From a virus, in IMG/VR virus record IMGVR_UViG_3300005542_000007, positions 1 through 64,000 of that record: a stretch of DNA of 64,000 nt, one strand, 5' to 3'. Positions 55,528-64,000 of the stretch are shown piece by piece. A program made the position numbers and the translations under genes. The notes under the pieces are model-generated. The model worked only from the letters and a program-made list of their open reading frames with translations, did no database searches and was not told where the DNA came from. Numbering within the stretch: position 1 is the first letter of the stretch; each line of letters opens with the position of its first letter.

Positions 55528-56508
55528 ATGAGTCTTTTAATACGTTCAGTTACAAATACAAGTGCAACAGTTCCACTACCACTTATGATTCCTGGATTTG
55601 ATCCAAAGAATCCAGTGGTTGTGGCTCCAAGTGCCACATTGGATATACTTTCTGTAACATCCAGTGATACGCTTCATGCTATGCAGGGACAGTTGACTGC
55701 TTTAGTAGCCGATGGTCATGTCACCGTGGCTGAGTCAATTGAATCAGTAATGCTGTTTGGTACGAGCATTCCATCAGTGTCTGTGGATTTCCTTCCAAGT
55801 CAAATGGATGCAGGACAGGTTTGGTATAATACTACAAGTGGTTTATTGAAATTGTTTAATGGTACTTCAATTCTAACTCTTTCATCTACCATTGTAAATC
55901 CACCCCTTAACTCAGCATCTACATTTGCCGTTCTAGGAGATACTGCCGTTACAAATACTGGAAACACAGTACTTACTGGAGACCTTGGTATTTATCCAGG
56001 TACTTCTATTACTGGATTTCCTCCAGGTACTTATTCTGGGTTTCTTCACAATGCCGATGCCACAGCACTTCAGGCGCATAATGATGCCACTTCAGCCGCA
56101 GTAGCTTTTCAAGCTATGGGCCCTGGAACTGATCTTTCTTCTACAGATCTAGGTGGACATACGGCTGTTCCTGGAGTTTATAGTACAACTGCTGCTGCCA
56201 CATGGTCTGCTGGAAACCTTACACTCAATGGTGCGGGTACCTATGTGTTCTTAATTGGAACCTCTCTTACAATGCCAGCAAGTGCAAACGTAGTGTTAAC
56301 AGGTGGTGCTTTGGCGAAGAATGTTTACTTCGTAACAGGCACAACATTCACCTTTGGTGCCAATGATACTGTTAATGGTACAATTCTAGCAGGTACATCC
56401 ATTACTTTTGCAGCTTCTAGCGTTCTTAATGGTAGAGCTATTTGTTATGGCTCTGCTGGAACAACAGTTACATTCCCAAGTGCAGGTACTGTAACGGTTC
56501 CTTCCTAA
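55528..56508 (+). CDS. virion protein with C-terminal DUF3494 ice-binding-like domain
   Basis: FAVLG.TAVTNTG.T.LTGDLG.YPGTSITGFPPG...A.QA..D...A; PGVY; G..A.NVYF; GTILA..SIT. Confidence 0.85.
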   Translation: MSLLIRSVTNTSATVPLPLMIPGFDPKNPVVVAPSATLDILSVTSSDTLHAMQGQLTALVADGHVTVAESIESVMLFGTSIPSVSVDFLPSQMDAGQVWYNTTSGLLKLFNGTSILTLSSTIVNPPLNSASTFAVLGDTAVTNTGNTVLTGDLGIYPGTSITGFPPGTYSGFLHNADATALQAHNDATSAAVAFQAMGPGTDLSSTDLGGHTAVPGVYSTTAAATWSAGNLTLNGAGTYVFLIGTSLTMPASANVVLTGGALAKNVYFVTGTTFTFGANDTVNGTILAGTSITFAASSVLNGRAICYGSAGTTVTFPSAGTVTVPS

Positions 56509-56532
56509 GCATAATAAGTTAGTTTTAAGAAT

Positions 56533-56575
56533 CTAAATTGGAGGGCTCGAAAGGGCCCTCTAAATTTAGGTTTTA
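56533..56575 (+). terminator. rho-independent terminator
   Basis: ctaaattggagggc-tcgaaagg-gccctctaaatttagg followed by tttt. Confidence 0.7.
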
Positions 56576-56615
56576 TACTATGTAGTGAAAAGTAATAATC
56601 TAGGAGTCCTCTAAC

Positions 56616-58262
56616 ATGACATTGATTATTCGTAGCGTTACAAATTTACGTTCAGTAAATATTCCTTTTACTGTTCCAACTCTTTCGGCGGTTCTTCCTC
56701 CTGTAGTTTTAGCCCCGTTTGCTACCCTTGATCTCTTATCTACAATGACTGAGGATGATCTTATTGCACTACAACATTTGTTAAATCAGCTTGTAGCAGC
56801 AGGATCTATTTCGGTTTCCGCCACTATAGATACATCTGAGTTTGAATCTGGTTATACGGGAGGCGGTGGGTCTGTAGGTGCGGGTACTCAATTTCAATTA
56901 GCTTATTATGCTACTACTGGAAGTGCTGTTTCTGGGCTAACGACCCCTACGCCAAATAGTGCATTAGTTTCTGATGCTAATGGGCTACCAGTTGCTTCTT
57001 CTACGACAGCTACAGAATTAGGATTTGTGCATAGCGTAACATCCTCCATTCAAACACAATTGAATACAAAACTCTCGACAGCAGTAACAGCATTACATGC
57101 TGATTCACATACTAACTTAACAGGAGCAGTTCAATTAGTTTCAGGTACTAATGTTACTCTTTCCCAGGTTGGTCAAGCTATTACAATTAATGCCGCTAGT
57201 GGAAGTACACCTCCAGCAGGTTCAAATACAGATATTCAATTTAATAATAGTGGAGCATTTGGTGCAAGTGCTAATTTAACATGGGATGGAACTACATTCT
57301 CCGTTACTGGAATGACTCATGTAACAAATAATTTAACGGTAGATACACAAGTTGTGACAGATGCTGTACATGGACGAACTGGAGCTTTAACTCTCAGTCC
57401 ATTTTCTGATAGTGGGGCAGCAATAAAACTTACTACTGCTTCTGGCACATCTGTAATGGATATTGATACATCTAATTCAGATGTAATTATCCATGTGGTA
57501 ACAAATCCTGGTTTTCCAGTTCTTGTTTTACGTGGAAATAATGGTAATTTGGGTAACGGACAAGCTCTCGCATTCCAAAGCGCCACTACCAAAGAATGGT
57601 GGTTATTAGGCAATAGTACTTCTAATGGAAGTTCTAATGATGGTTTTGCACTTTTTGATAGAGACACAGCCACGAATGCATGGCACGTAAGTGACACACA
57701 TCAATTGTCAATCGATACTGGTGGAGCACATACAAATAAGTTAGATGTTAATGGAAATGCTGCTATTGGTTCTGGTTATGCTGGAATTTCTGGTGCTCCT
57801 ACAAATGGATTAATTGTTCAAGGAAATGTTAGTATTGGATTCCCCACTCCCGATGCAAGCGCGGTTCTTGAGGTTACATCAACAACTCAAGGTTTCCTTC
57901 CCCCAAGAATGACAACAACTCAGCGCAATGCTATTTCTTCTCCTGCTGAGGGGTTAATTGTTTATGATACAACTTTACATCAAACGTGGCAGTGGCAGAA
58001 TGGTGCATGGGCTGAAGTAGGTGGCGGTTCGACGCCTACAGTATCTGATTCTACTGCTACGGTTGGTGGTGCGGCTACTGAGTCTGTCGCTGTTGCAGGA
58101 TTGTTAACCACATCTACAATTTGGGCAGTGACTCAACGAACAGCAGGTGGAGCAGCCCTTCCACTCCTAGCTTGGACTAATACTACCAATGGACATCTAA
58201 ATATTATTTATTCTGCTGATATGGGTTCGGGTGCAGTAGTAAGAGTATTGTTCATACCGTAA
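56616..58262 (+). CDS. fibre-like virion protein
   Basis: G.NTDIQFNNSGAFG, SAVLEVTSTTQGFLPPRMTTTQRNAI.SPAEGLIVYDT; N-terminal domain shared with 55528. Confidence 0.75.
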   Translation: MTLIIRSVTNLRSVNIPFTVPTLSAVLPPVVLAPFATLDLLSTMTEDDLIALQHLLNQLVAAGSISVSATIDTSEFESGYTGGGGSVGAGTQFQLAYYATTGSAVSGLTTPTPNSALVSDANGLPVASSTTATELGFVHSVTSSIQTQLNTKLSTAVTALHADSHTNLTGAVQLVSGTNVTLSQVGQAITINAASGSTPPAGSNTDIQFNNSGAFGASANLTWDGTTFSVTGMTHVTNNLTVDTQVVTDAVHGRTGALTLSPFSDSGAAIKLTTASGTSVMDIDTSNSDVIIHVVTNPGFPVLVLRGNNGNLGNGQALAFQSATTKEWWLLGNSTSNGSSNDGFALFDRDTATNAWHVSDTHQLSIDTGGAHTNKLDVNGNAAIGSGYAGISGAPTNGLIVQGNVSIGFPTPDASAVLEVTSTTQGFLPPRMTTTQRNAISSPAEGLIVYDTTLHQTWQWQNGAWAEVGGGSTPTVSDSTATVGGAATESVAVAGLLTTSTIWAVTQRTAGGAALPLLAWTNTTNGHLNIIYSADMGSGAVVRVLFIP

Positions 58263-58294
58263 TAGATTTTAAATAGATAAGAAAAGGATAGAAA

Positions 58295-58573
58295 ATGATA
58301 CGTAAAATAGCCATCTTTTTAACCAATTTATTGGATATTATTGATTTTCCTGGGTATACATTTTTAAACCTTTGGAGCTTAAGTTTATTGGTAGTGTGTT
58401 TGTGGGTATGCATTGAGACCAAAACCATACCAAATGCAGTAGCAGCCATATTTTCAAGTATTGTGTTGGCGTATAGTGCATCCAGTATTGGTAATAAGTA
58501 CATGTCTAAGAATGGCAACGACTCGATTAAGGAGAAGAAAAGCAATGATAACAATTCTGGCAATCCTAGCTAA
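58295..58573 (+). CDS. holin-like two-TM protein
   Basis: Two TM segments and charged C-terminus; near the putative lysin. Confidence 0.5.
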   Translation: MIRKIAIFLTNLLDIIDFPGYTFLNLWSLSLLVVCLWVCIETKTIPNAVAAIFSSIVLAYSASSIGNKYMSKNGNDSIKEKKSNDNNSGNPS

Positions 58574-59132
58574 AATTAAAAATTTTGTTGTTAAATATTG
58601 GAGACAGCTTTTACTGGTCAGCTTAGGGGCTTTTTTGATGCTTAAAGCTCAGGGATGTGCGAAGAAGCTATTTCCGCCTAAAACGCCAGTTTCAGGCCCT
58701 TCTAGCCCCACTGTACCAGTACTTCCCAAAGATGATAGGGAAATAATTAAAGTAGATACCCAGCATAATCAAACAACCGTTACAACTGAAAAGGGTACTA
58801 CGACGGTGACGGGCACACGAGATGTAACCGTAGAAGTTAAGAAAAATGGCCAAGTTGTTGTAAAAGAAAAAACAATTGGCTTTGAATGTCGTCCAGGTCT
58901 TGGTGCCCATATTGGCCCAGATGGTGGAAGATTGGACCTTACCGTGGATTGGGGCTATTGGAAGCGGGTAGATGGTTTGGTTGGTATTGGAACCGATTTT
59001 AAAAATGTACAAAATACGGATATTTTTATTGGTGCTGCGTACCAATTTTCTAATAAGTTGCCAAACACTTCTATTTTTGGTGGTATAAATCAGCACAAGA
59101 ACCCACTTATTGGTCTTCGTGTGAGGTTCTAA
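58545..59132 (+). CDS. membrane-anchored protein (possible spanin/outer-membrane lysis component)
   Basis: ATG 58545; TM followed by Cys; beta-strand C-terminus ending GLRVRF. Confidence 0.45.
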   Translation: MITILAILAKIKNFVVKYWRQLLLVSLGAFLMLKAQGCAKKLFPPKTPVSGPSSPTVPVLPKDDREIIKVDTQHNQTTVTTEKGTTTVTGTRDVTVEVKKNGQVVVKEKTIGFECRPGLGAHIGPDGGRLDLTVDWGYWKRVDGLVGIGTDFKNVQNTDIFIGAAYQFSNKLPNTSIFGGINQHKNPLIGLRVRF

Positions 59133-59258
59133 TCATGGAATGCCCCGCTTGCGGCTCAAAACTTGTTTCTTTATTAAATTGTGGCTGTCCAGATCCAAAC
59201 TGTAAAAATTTGCTCGAATGTACAGAATGTCAAAGTGTGTTCAACATAGGTAAATAAA

Positions 59259-59723
59259 ATGGACCTTAATTCAATTCTTCAGTTCATTTTATCGCTTATT
59301 GGTCAAGCCAAGGTTGCCAATACATCGACAAATCAAACTCCAAGCGTAAATACAATTTCAATTCTTCGTGGTCCACTTGAGCCATCAGCGGGAATTTTTG
59401 GAGATGGAAGTTTAACGTGGGATTCTTTCAAATTTGTATCGCTAGAAAACGAAAAGCTTTTTATCCCCGCAGGTACATATAAGTTAGAATGGCATGAAAG
59501 TCCTCATTTGGGAAACGCAACAGTCCCCTTGTTGATCGGGGTTCCAGGAAGGACAGAAATTTTATTGCATTGGGGTAATTTCGAAGCTTGTAGCGACGGT
59601 TGTATTTTGTGTGGAACTGTTAGAGATGGAAATGATATTGATACAACCCAAACTGCTTGTAAAGAACTTTTTGCGAAGATTAACGCTGTTGGAATTGAGA
59701 ATTGTCAGATAACAATCTCATAA
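59259..59723 (+). CDS. DUF5675-family putative endolysin
   Basis: SLE.....IPAGTY....SP..G....L..VPGRTEILLH.GN....S.GCIL.G. Confidence 0.78.
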   Translation: MDLNSILQFILSLIGQAKVANTSTNQTPSVNTISILRGPLEPSAGIFGDGSLTWDSFKFVSLENEKLFIPAGTYKLEWHESPHLGNATVPLLIGVPGRTEILLHWGNFEACSDGCILCGTVRDGNDIDTTQTACKELFAKINAVGIENCQITIS

Positions 59724-59744
59724 GATAAGACCCGAAGGAATATC

Positions 59745-59972
59745 ATGTACAAAGAACAGAACGAATGTAAACATGAAAAGTTAACATTTGGGAGCGGAGA
59801 TTTTTATATATTTTGTGTGGATTGTACAAGATCCTGGGTTCATAGGAATACGGCTGATGATACGACTTCCTACGAGCACAGTCCTTTAATTTTCAACAAT
59901 GAATATCGTGTCAAATTCCCAGATAATCTCACTTTCATAGAAACGAAAGCTCAAGAAAAGGGATTGGTATGA
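59745..59972 (+). CDS. Cys/His mini-protein with DNL tag, located in the late region
   Basis: CKH...CVDC; ends PDNLTFIETKAQEKGLV*; ATGA overlap. Confidence 0.7.
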   Translation: MYKEQNECKHEKLTFGSGDFYIFCVDCTRSWVHRNTADDTTSYEHSPLIFNNEYRVKFPDNLTFIETKAQEKGLV

Positions 59973-60553
59973 GTGAAGAAAAGAAACGCTATCGCGTTAA
60001 AGTGAAGAATTCCAAAGACAATTTAACTTATGTTCCCTTCCCCGATTTGGTTGTGAAATATACAAATGGATGGGCAGAACCTCTTAAAATAAAAGAGGGA
60101 GACGAAATTCCTTTAGAAGCCTGTGATAAAGAAGATGTAAGAAAGTCGTGGTTAGCGGGTTCGTTAAAGCGTTATACTGATAGTGGTTGGATTGAAGAAT
60201 TTATTGTAAGGCCGGAACCAAAACCACTTACAGAAAAAGAATTAAAATTTTTAGAAGCAATCAAACCTATTCAGGGAACCGGAAGTATACAATCTTCGGA
60301 TATTCCCACCCCTCCTACAGTTTCTAATAAAGCGGAGGAAAAACAAGAAGTAAAACCAAATTTGCCAGAAGCACAAAGTACGTTGTCCAATTTCAGCCTC
60401 GTAAAAACTTTTGACGATTTTAGTAAACTTTCTTATTTTTTGAAGTTGCGCTTTATTAAGGAATCCAACAATAAAGAATTACTTAAAGAAATTTTAAGTA
60501 AAACTGATAGCCACCAATTTAAAAATAACATCCAAGTAAGACTTTCACACTAA
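59969..60553 (+). CDS. hypothetical protein
   Basis: ATGA coupling. Confidence 0.6.
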   Translation: MSEEKKRYRVKVKNSKDNLTYVPFPDLVVKYTNGWAEPLKIKEGDEIPLEACDKEDVRKSWLAGSLKRYTDSGWIEEFIVRPEPKPLTEKELKFLEAIKPIQGTGSIQSSDIPTPPTVSNKAEEKQEVKPNLPEAQSTLSNFSLVKTFDDFSKLSYFLKLRFIKESNNKELLKEILSKTDSHQFKNNIQVRLSH

Positions 60554-60563
60554 GAGGAAACCT

Positions 60564-61346
60564 ATGGGTTCAGTAATCCCCCCAGAATTTGGAGTTCCCC
60601 TTACAGCCGATGAATTGATGTCTACGATTCCCACGTCGGTTTTGTACGGCGTGACCCCTTCAAACGAATTTATTCCAATTCAAATTACCAGTACTGGTGA
60701 GCTTGTTGTTGAAGCTACCTTTTCTGGTTCTATTACCATAGGTGAAGTGGGTGTCGATGACAAATCTTCTTTTACATACGGCACATCGTTAGAGCAGCCA
60801 GTTGGAGGTGTGTATCAAGATACGTCACCAACATTAACTGCGGGGCAAACCGGAGCCGCAAGACTTACACAGTATAGAGCCTTTCATGTAAATTTAAGAG
60901 ATTCAAATGGTGTAGAAATAACTCCTGCTACTCAAGTAACGTCATTAGCTATTCTCTCAGATTTAAATAAGTTTCAGTTTAGTAGTGGAGCTTTGATTGT
61001 AACCACGACAGGCGCAGCAGGAACTCCTGTAAATGTTTTCGCAGAAAATACCACAGTTCCTTCATCCATTTTAACGGCTATTTTAAGTTACACAGTTCCT
61101 GCCGGAAAAACCTTAAGTATTACAGGGGTTTATGGTTGGGGACAAGCAGATGGAGAATTTGTAATCAAAGTAGACAGTGTTGTAGTTGGCGGTGGTTGGT
61201 CTTCTCCATCATTTCGTACTTTACATTTGGATTATATAGCTGCGCCAATACCTGCAACATCAGGACAAGTTGTAACAGTGAATGTTACACAATATCAAAC
61301 ATCAACACAAGATTTTAAAGCAAACTTATTGGGTACATTGAATTAA
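60564..61346 (+). CDS. putative virion structural protein
   Basis: Thr/Ser/Gly/Val-rich; YTVPAGKTL.IT jelly-roll-like C-terminus. Confidence 0.62.
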   Translation: MGSVIPPEFGVPLTADELMSTIPTSVLYGVTPSNEFIPIQITSTGELVVEATFSGSITIGEVGVDDKSSFTYGTSLEQPVGGVYQDTSPTLTAGQTGAARLTQYRAFHVNLRDSNGVEITPATQVTSLAILSDLNKFQFSSGALIVTTTGAAGTPVNVFAENTTVPSSILTAILSYTVPAGKTLSITGVYGWGQADGEFVIKVDSVVVGGGWSSPSFRTLHLDYIAAPIPATSGQVVTVNVTQYQTSTQDFKANLLGTLN

Positions 61347-61364
61347 AGATAAGAGGAGAAGAAG

Positions 61365-61562
61365 ATGGCAGACATAATGCCGAATTTAGAATTGAACAAG
61401 AAACGTTTAAGTGTTCATGTAACAGAGATGAAACTTCAACTAGAACGTCTCGATTTGCGTAAATTAGAAATTGCAGAAGAACTTAGAAAGATTGACGAAA
61501 ACATTAAAGCAACCAATTTGGATATTCAGAATACTCAAGATTCTATAGCGAAGATGAAGTAA
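61365..61562 (+). CDS. small coiled-coil protein
   Basis: GAGGAG RBS; heptad pattern. Confidence 0.6.
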   Translation: MADIMPNLELNKKRLSVHVTEMKLQLERLDLRKLEIAEELRKIDENIKATNLDIQNTQDSIAKMK

Positions 61563-61575
61563 TAGGAGAATTACA

Positions 61576-62376
61576 ATGGCAGATTTTGATGCACAACAAC
61601 CAGTAAGAACTACCGCAACAGAGTTTACAACAGAAATAGCTAATGCTGCTGGAACAACTATTAATCCAGCCGAGGATTATGCTCAAGGTTCTACCACTTC
61701 TGGACAGAATGGTGTTTTAGATCAGACTGCTACTACAACAGCCGCACCAACCTATACAACAGGCACAACCAATCCACTTTCTACAACAACGTCTGGAGAT
61801 TTGAGAACTGTTTCTAAACTTGAGGATGGATCTGGAAATTCCATATCTTCCACCAGCAGTTCATTAAATGTCAATGTTACCAATTTTCCTACAGATGCTG
61901 ATGCATATGCACAAGGATCTACAACTTCCGGTCAAGTAGGTAATTTGCCTCTAGGTGCCGCAACTACCTCCGCACCTACATATGTTACTGGAACTTCTAA
62001 TCCCCTATCTCTTGATACAAATGGAAATCTTCGCGTAGCTGTTGAAAATACCTCACCGACGCCAACTCCAGTTCTTACTTATTTTACAGATTCTGCTGTG
62101 GCAAGCGGCGCTACGACAACGCATTCTGTTGCAGGTCCGGTTACGTTGGATAAGATTGATTTTACAGCATCAGGTGAGATGAAAGGTACCGTTGCTATTG
62201 GTGTTACAAGCAGTGAAGTGACATATTGGAATGGTTTTAATAGCGCGTCTCATCAAGATTTTAGTTTTGTTTTGAATTTTCCTTATGTTATTCCTACAGG
62301 ATCGTCTGTGAAAGTTACTCTTAAAAATAGAGACACACAAGCACAAGATCTTTACGTTACTTTCTTTACCCATTAA
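61576..62376 (+). CDS. virion structural protein with AQGSTTSGQ repeats
   Basis: Two ~45-aa repeats. Confidence 0.68.
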   Translation: MADFDAQQPVRTTATEFTTEIANAAGTTINPAEDYAQGSTTSGQNGVLDQTATTTAAPTYTTGTTNPLSTTTSGDLRTVSKLEDGSGNSISSTSSSLNVNVTNFPTDADAYAQGSTTSGQVGNLPLGAATTSAPTYVTGTSNPLSLDTNGNLRVAVENTSPTPTPVLTYFTDSAVASGATTTHSVAGPVTLDKIDFTASGEMKGTVAIGVTSSEVTYWNGFNSASHQDFSFVLNFPYVIPTGSSVKVTLKNRDTQAQDLYVTFFTH

Positions 62377-62411
62377 TTAATTTAAGATAAGTTTTAAGCA
62401 AAGGATAAGAA

Positions 62412-63611
62412 ATGGCTGATTTACCTATTACGAGCGATGCGGGTGCAACGCCCATTGTCGTTAATGATCCGACTACGACAGCGAATGTTGCTAATGTAAA
62501 AGCAGCTTCCACTGCCGCTGTTGTAGGCGATAATTCGTTAGTAGTAGCTCTTTCTCCAAATTCTCCGGTACCTACTGGAACTAACAATATAGGAGTTACG
62601 GGAGTTGCACAAGGGTCAACAACTTCTGGAGAGCATGGGGATTTGATTCAGGGCGCTGTTACGACAGCAGCACCTTCATATTCCACAGGACAAACCAGCC
62701 CGCTGTCTTTGACCATTGTTGGTAATCTACGAGTAGATGGAAGTTCAGTTACTCAACCAGTATCTGGAACTGTTACAGCTAATCAAGGAACTGCTAATAC
62801 AGCGGCCAATAAGTGGCCAATCGAGATTGTGGATTCGGGTGGCGTTAATATAGCTACGGTCAATGCAACGAATGAGTTGCTTGTTACTGATACTGATTTA
62901 ACGTTGACTCAAGGGTCTACTACGTCTGGTCAATTGGGTCCATTAATACAAGGGGCAGTTACAACATCGGCTCCTACGTATGTAACGGCCCAAACTAATC
63001 CCTTATCTTTAACTACATCGGGAGATTTGAGAGTTGTTTCTAAAACCGAAGATGGTTCAGGAACCGCTATTACATCAACGGCACTAGATGCAAAGCAGGG
63101 AATAGATGTAAATTTAATTGCTTCTCCGAGCCAGTCTGCCGCGTCTTCCGGCCAGATTTATGTAACATCATTTGAATTTAATCTTCCAACAAATGGAACA
63201 GAATCTCCGGCAGTATATATTAAAAATCCAAGTGGGTCTGGAAAAACATTAATTTTAAAAATAATATCTGCTTCATGTGAAGATGCGACAAATGGAGCAG
63301 CAGTAATTCGTATATATGGAAATCCAACCACCTCCGCAAATGGAACATCGCAAACAATTTCATCAACAAGTATTGGTGGTGGAGCGGGTGCCTCAGCAAT
63401 GACAGCTTTTTCAGGACCTACAGCCTCCGCCAATGGTACAGTATTATTTGCAGTAAATACAGGATCTGGAAATGTAATTGAACCTGGGCATATGCCAATA
63501 GATTTCGATGGCTTAATTAGGGTAGCAGCAAATAACACTTTGTTAATTACTGGAGAACCACAAACTAATAACATGAACTATTCCTTTACAGTTATGTGGC
63601 AAGAGGTATAA
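62412..63611 (+). CDS. virion structural protein with QGSTTSG repeats
   Basis: Two ~45-aa repeats; C-terminal IKNPSGSGKTL beta domain. Confidence 0.68.
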   Translation: MADLPITSDAGATPIVVNDPTTTANVANVKAASTAAVVGDNSLVVALSPNSPVPTGTNNIGVTGVAQGSTTSGEHGDLIQGAVTTAAPSYSTGQTSPLSLTIVGNLRVDGSSVTQPVSGTVTANQGTANTAANKWPIEIVDSGGVNIATVNATNELLVTDTDLTLTQGSTTSGQLGPLIQGAVTTSAPTYVTAQTNPLSLTTSGDLRVVSKTEDGSGTAITSTALDAKQGIDVNLIASPSQSAASSGQIYVTSFEFNLPTNGTESPAVYIKNPSGSGKTLILKIISASCEDATNGAAVIRIYGNPTTSANGTSQTISSTSIGGGAGASAMTAFSGPTASANGTVLFAVNTGSGNVIEPGHMPIDFDGLIRVAANNTLLITGEPQTNNMNYSFTVMWQEV

Positions 63612-63612
63612 T

Positions 63613-64000
63613 GTGGCGCAGAATTCATCTGGAATAATTACGGCATTAAATGGAACAATCGTTGTTCCAATAATTGGGGAAGCTTCCATAGTCTTTAATG
63701 TTACTGGAACATGGCAAGCAACATTAGGAGTTAAAGCTACTGTTGACGGCATAAATTGGTTTTCTATTCCAGGATTTATACTAGCTACACAATCCATTGC
63801 TTCGTCATTTTCTTCTAACCAAGCAGTAGCTATTAGTTGTTCTGGATTTTTGCAAGTACAATTGATTGCAACGTCTTTTACTTCTGGTACTATCAACGTA
63901 GCATGGGCAAGCAGTGGCGCAGGAACAAATGTTGTAAGTGTAACGGAAACTCTAAATATAGATGGTTCCCCAACAACCCAAATAGTTGATAATGATGGAA
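63613..64000 (+). CDS. virion structural protein, partial (runs off window)
   Basis: GAGG RBS, GTG start; MAQNSSGIITALNG...TGTWQATL...TVDGINW open to the window end. Confidence 0.6.
   Translation, partial: MAQNSSGIITALNGTIVVPIIGEASIVFNVTGTWQATLGVKATVDGINWFSIPGFILATQSIASSFSSNQAVAISCSGFLQVQLIATSFTSGTINVAWASSGAGTNVVSVTETLNIDGSPTTQIVDNDG

Noticed and set aside
60017-60040. DNLTYV near the N-terminus of 59969-60553, and DNLYW in 11325-11819
   Set aside because: Both lack the following E..LA..K helix pattern and are not terminal; treated as chance matches.
847-63896. All minus-strand ORFs in the track
   Set aside because: They overlap well-supported plus-strand genes, lack RBSs and recognisable motifs, and read as antisense shadows.
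1-64000. CRISPR array, integrase or transposase
   Set aside because: No equally spaced identical DNA repeats and no such proteins were seen. The DNL tags vary synonymously, so they are not DNA repeats, attC sites or CRISPR repeats.
1-64000. Stop-codon reassignment (alternative genetic code)
   Set aside because: Conserved genes are full-length under code 11, and TAG, TGA and TAA all end genes, with many ATGA/GTGA overlaps.

Overview
This window looks like part of a large tailed dsDNA phage genome (HK97-type head). All credible genes lie on the + strand and read in the standard genetic code. About 1-22 kb is an accessory region of tightly coupled small genes: RNA repair (Rnl1-type ligase, HD-kinase, cyclic-phosphate receiver domain), KTSC, Rap1a-like immunity, NDT-like, DnaC-like ATPase, a degenerate ThyX-like gene, peptide deformylase, RseP-like, ClpP-like and HNH genes. 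About 22.9-64 kb is the virion region: giant mosaic head-associated proteins, terminase, portal, protease-scaffold, major capsid, a tRNA/tRNA-like cluster, a DUF3494 ice-binding-like protein, fibres and a probable lysis cassette. Two patterns stand out. (1) About 23 otherwise unrelated ORFs share a ~17-aa, almost always C-terminal tag, D-N-L-x-[YLIHF]-[IV]-E-x-x-A-x-x-[KR]-x-L-[IV]-stop. The tag is conserved as protein, and its last codons usually also supply the ribosome-binding site and start codon of the next gene. (2) The head-region proteins, including 1000-1600 aa mosaics carrying nucleotidyltransferase, HAD, 2H phosphoesterase, LMW phosphatase and HiPIP-like domains, are punctuated between domains by K-x-[AS] motifs. 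The same motif occurs at the N-termini of the capsid, portal and protease, suggesting protease-processed cargo polyproteins. All family calls are by-eye motif recognition; no searches were run.
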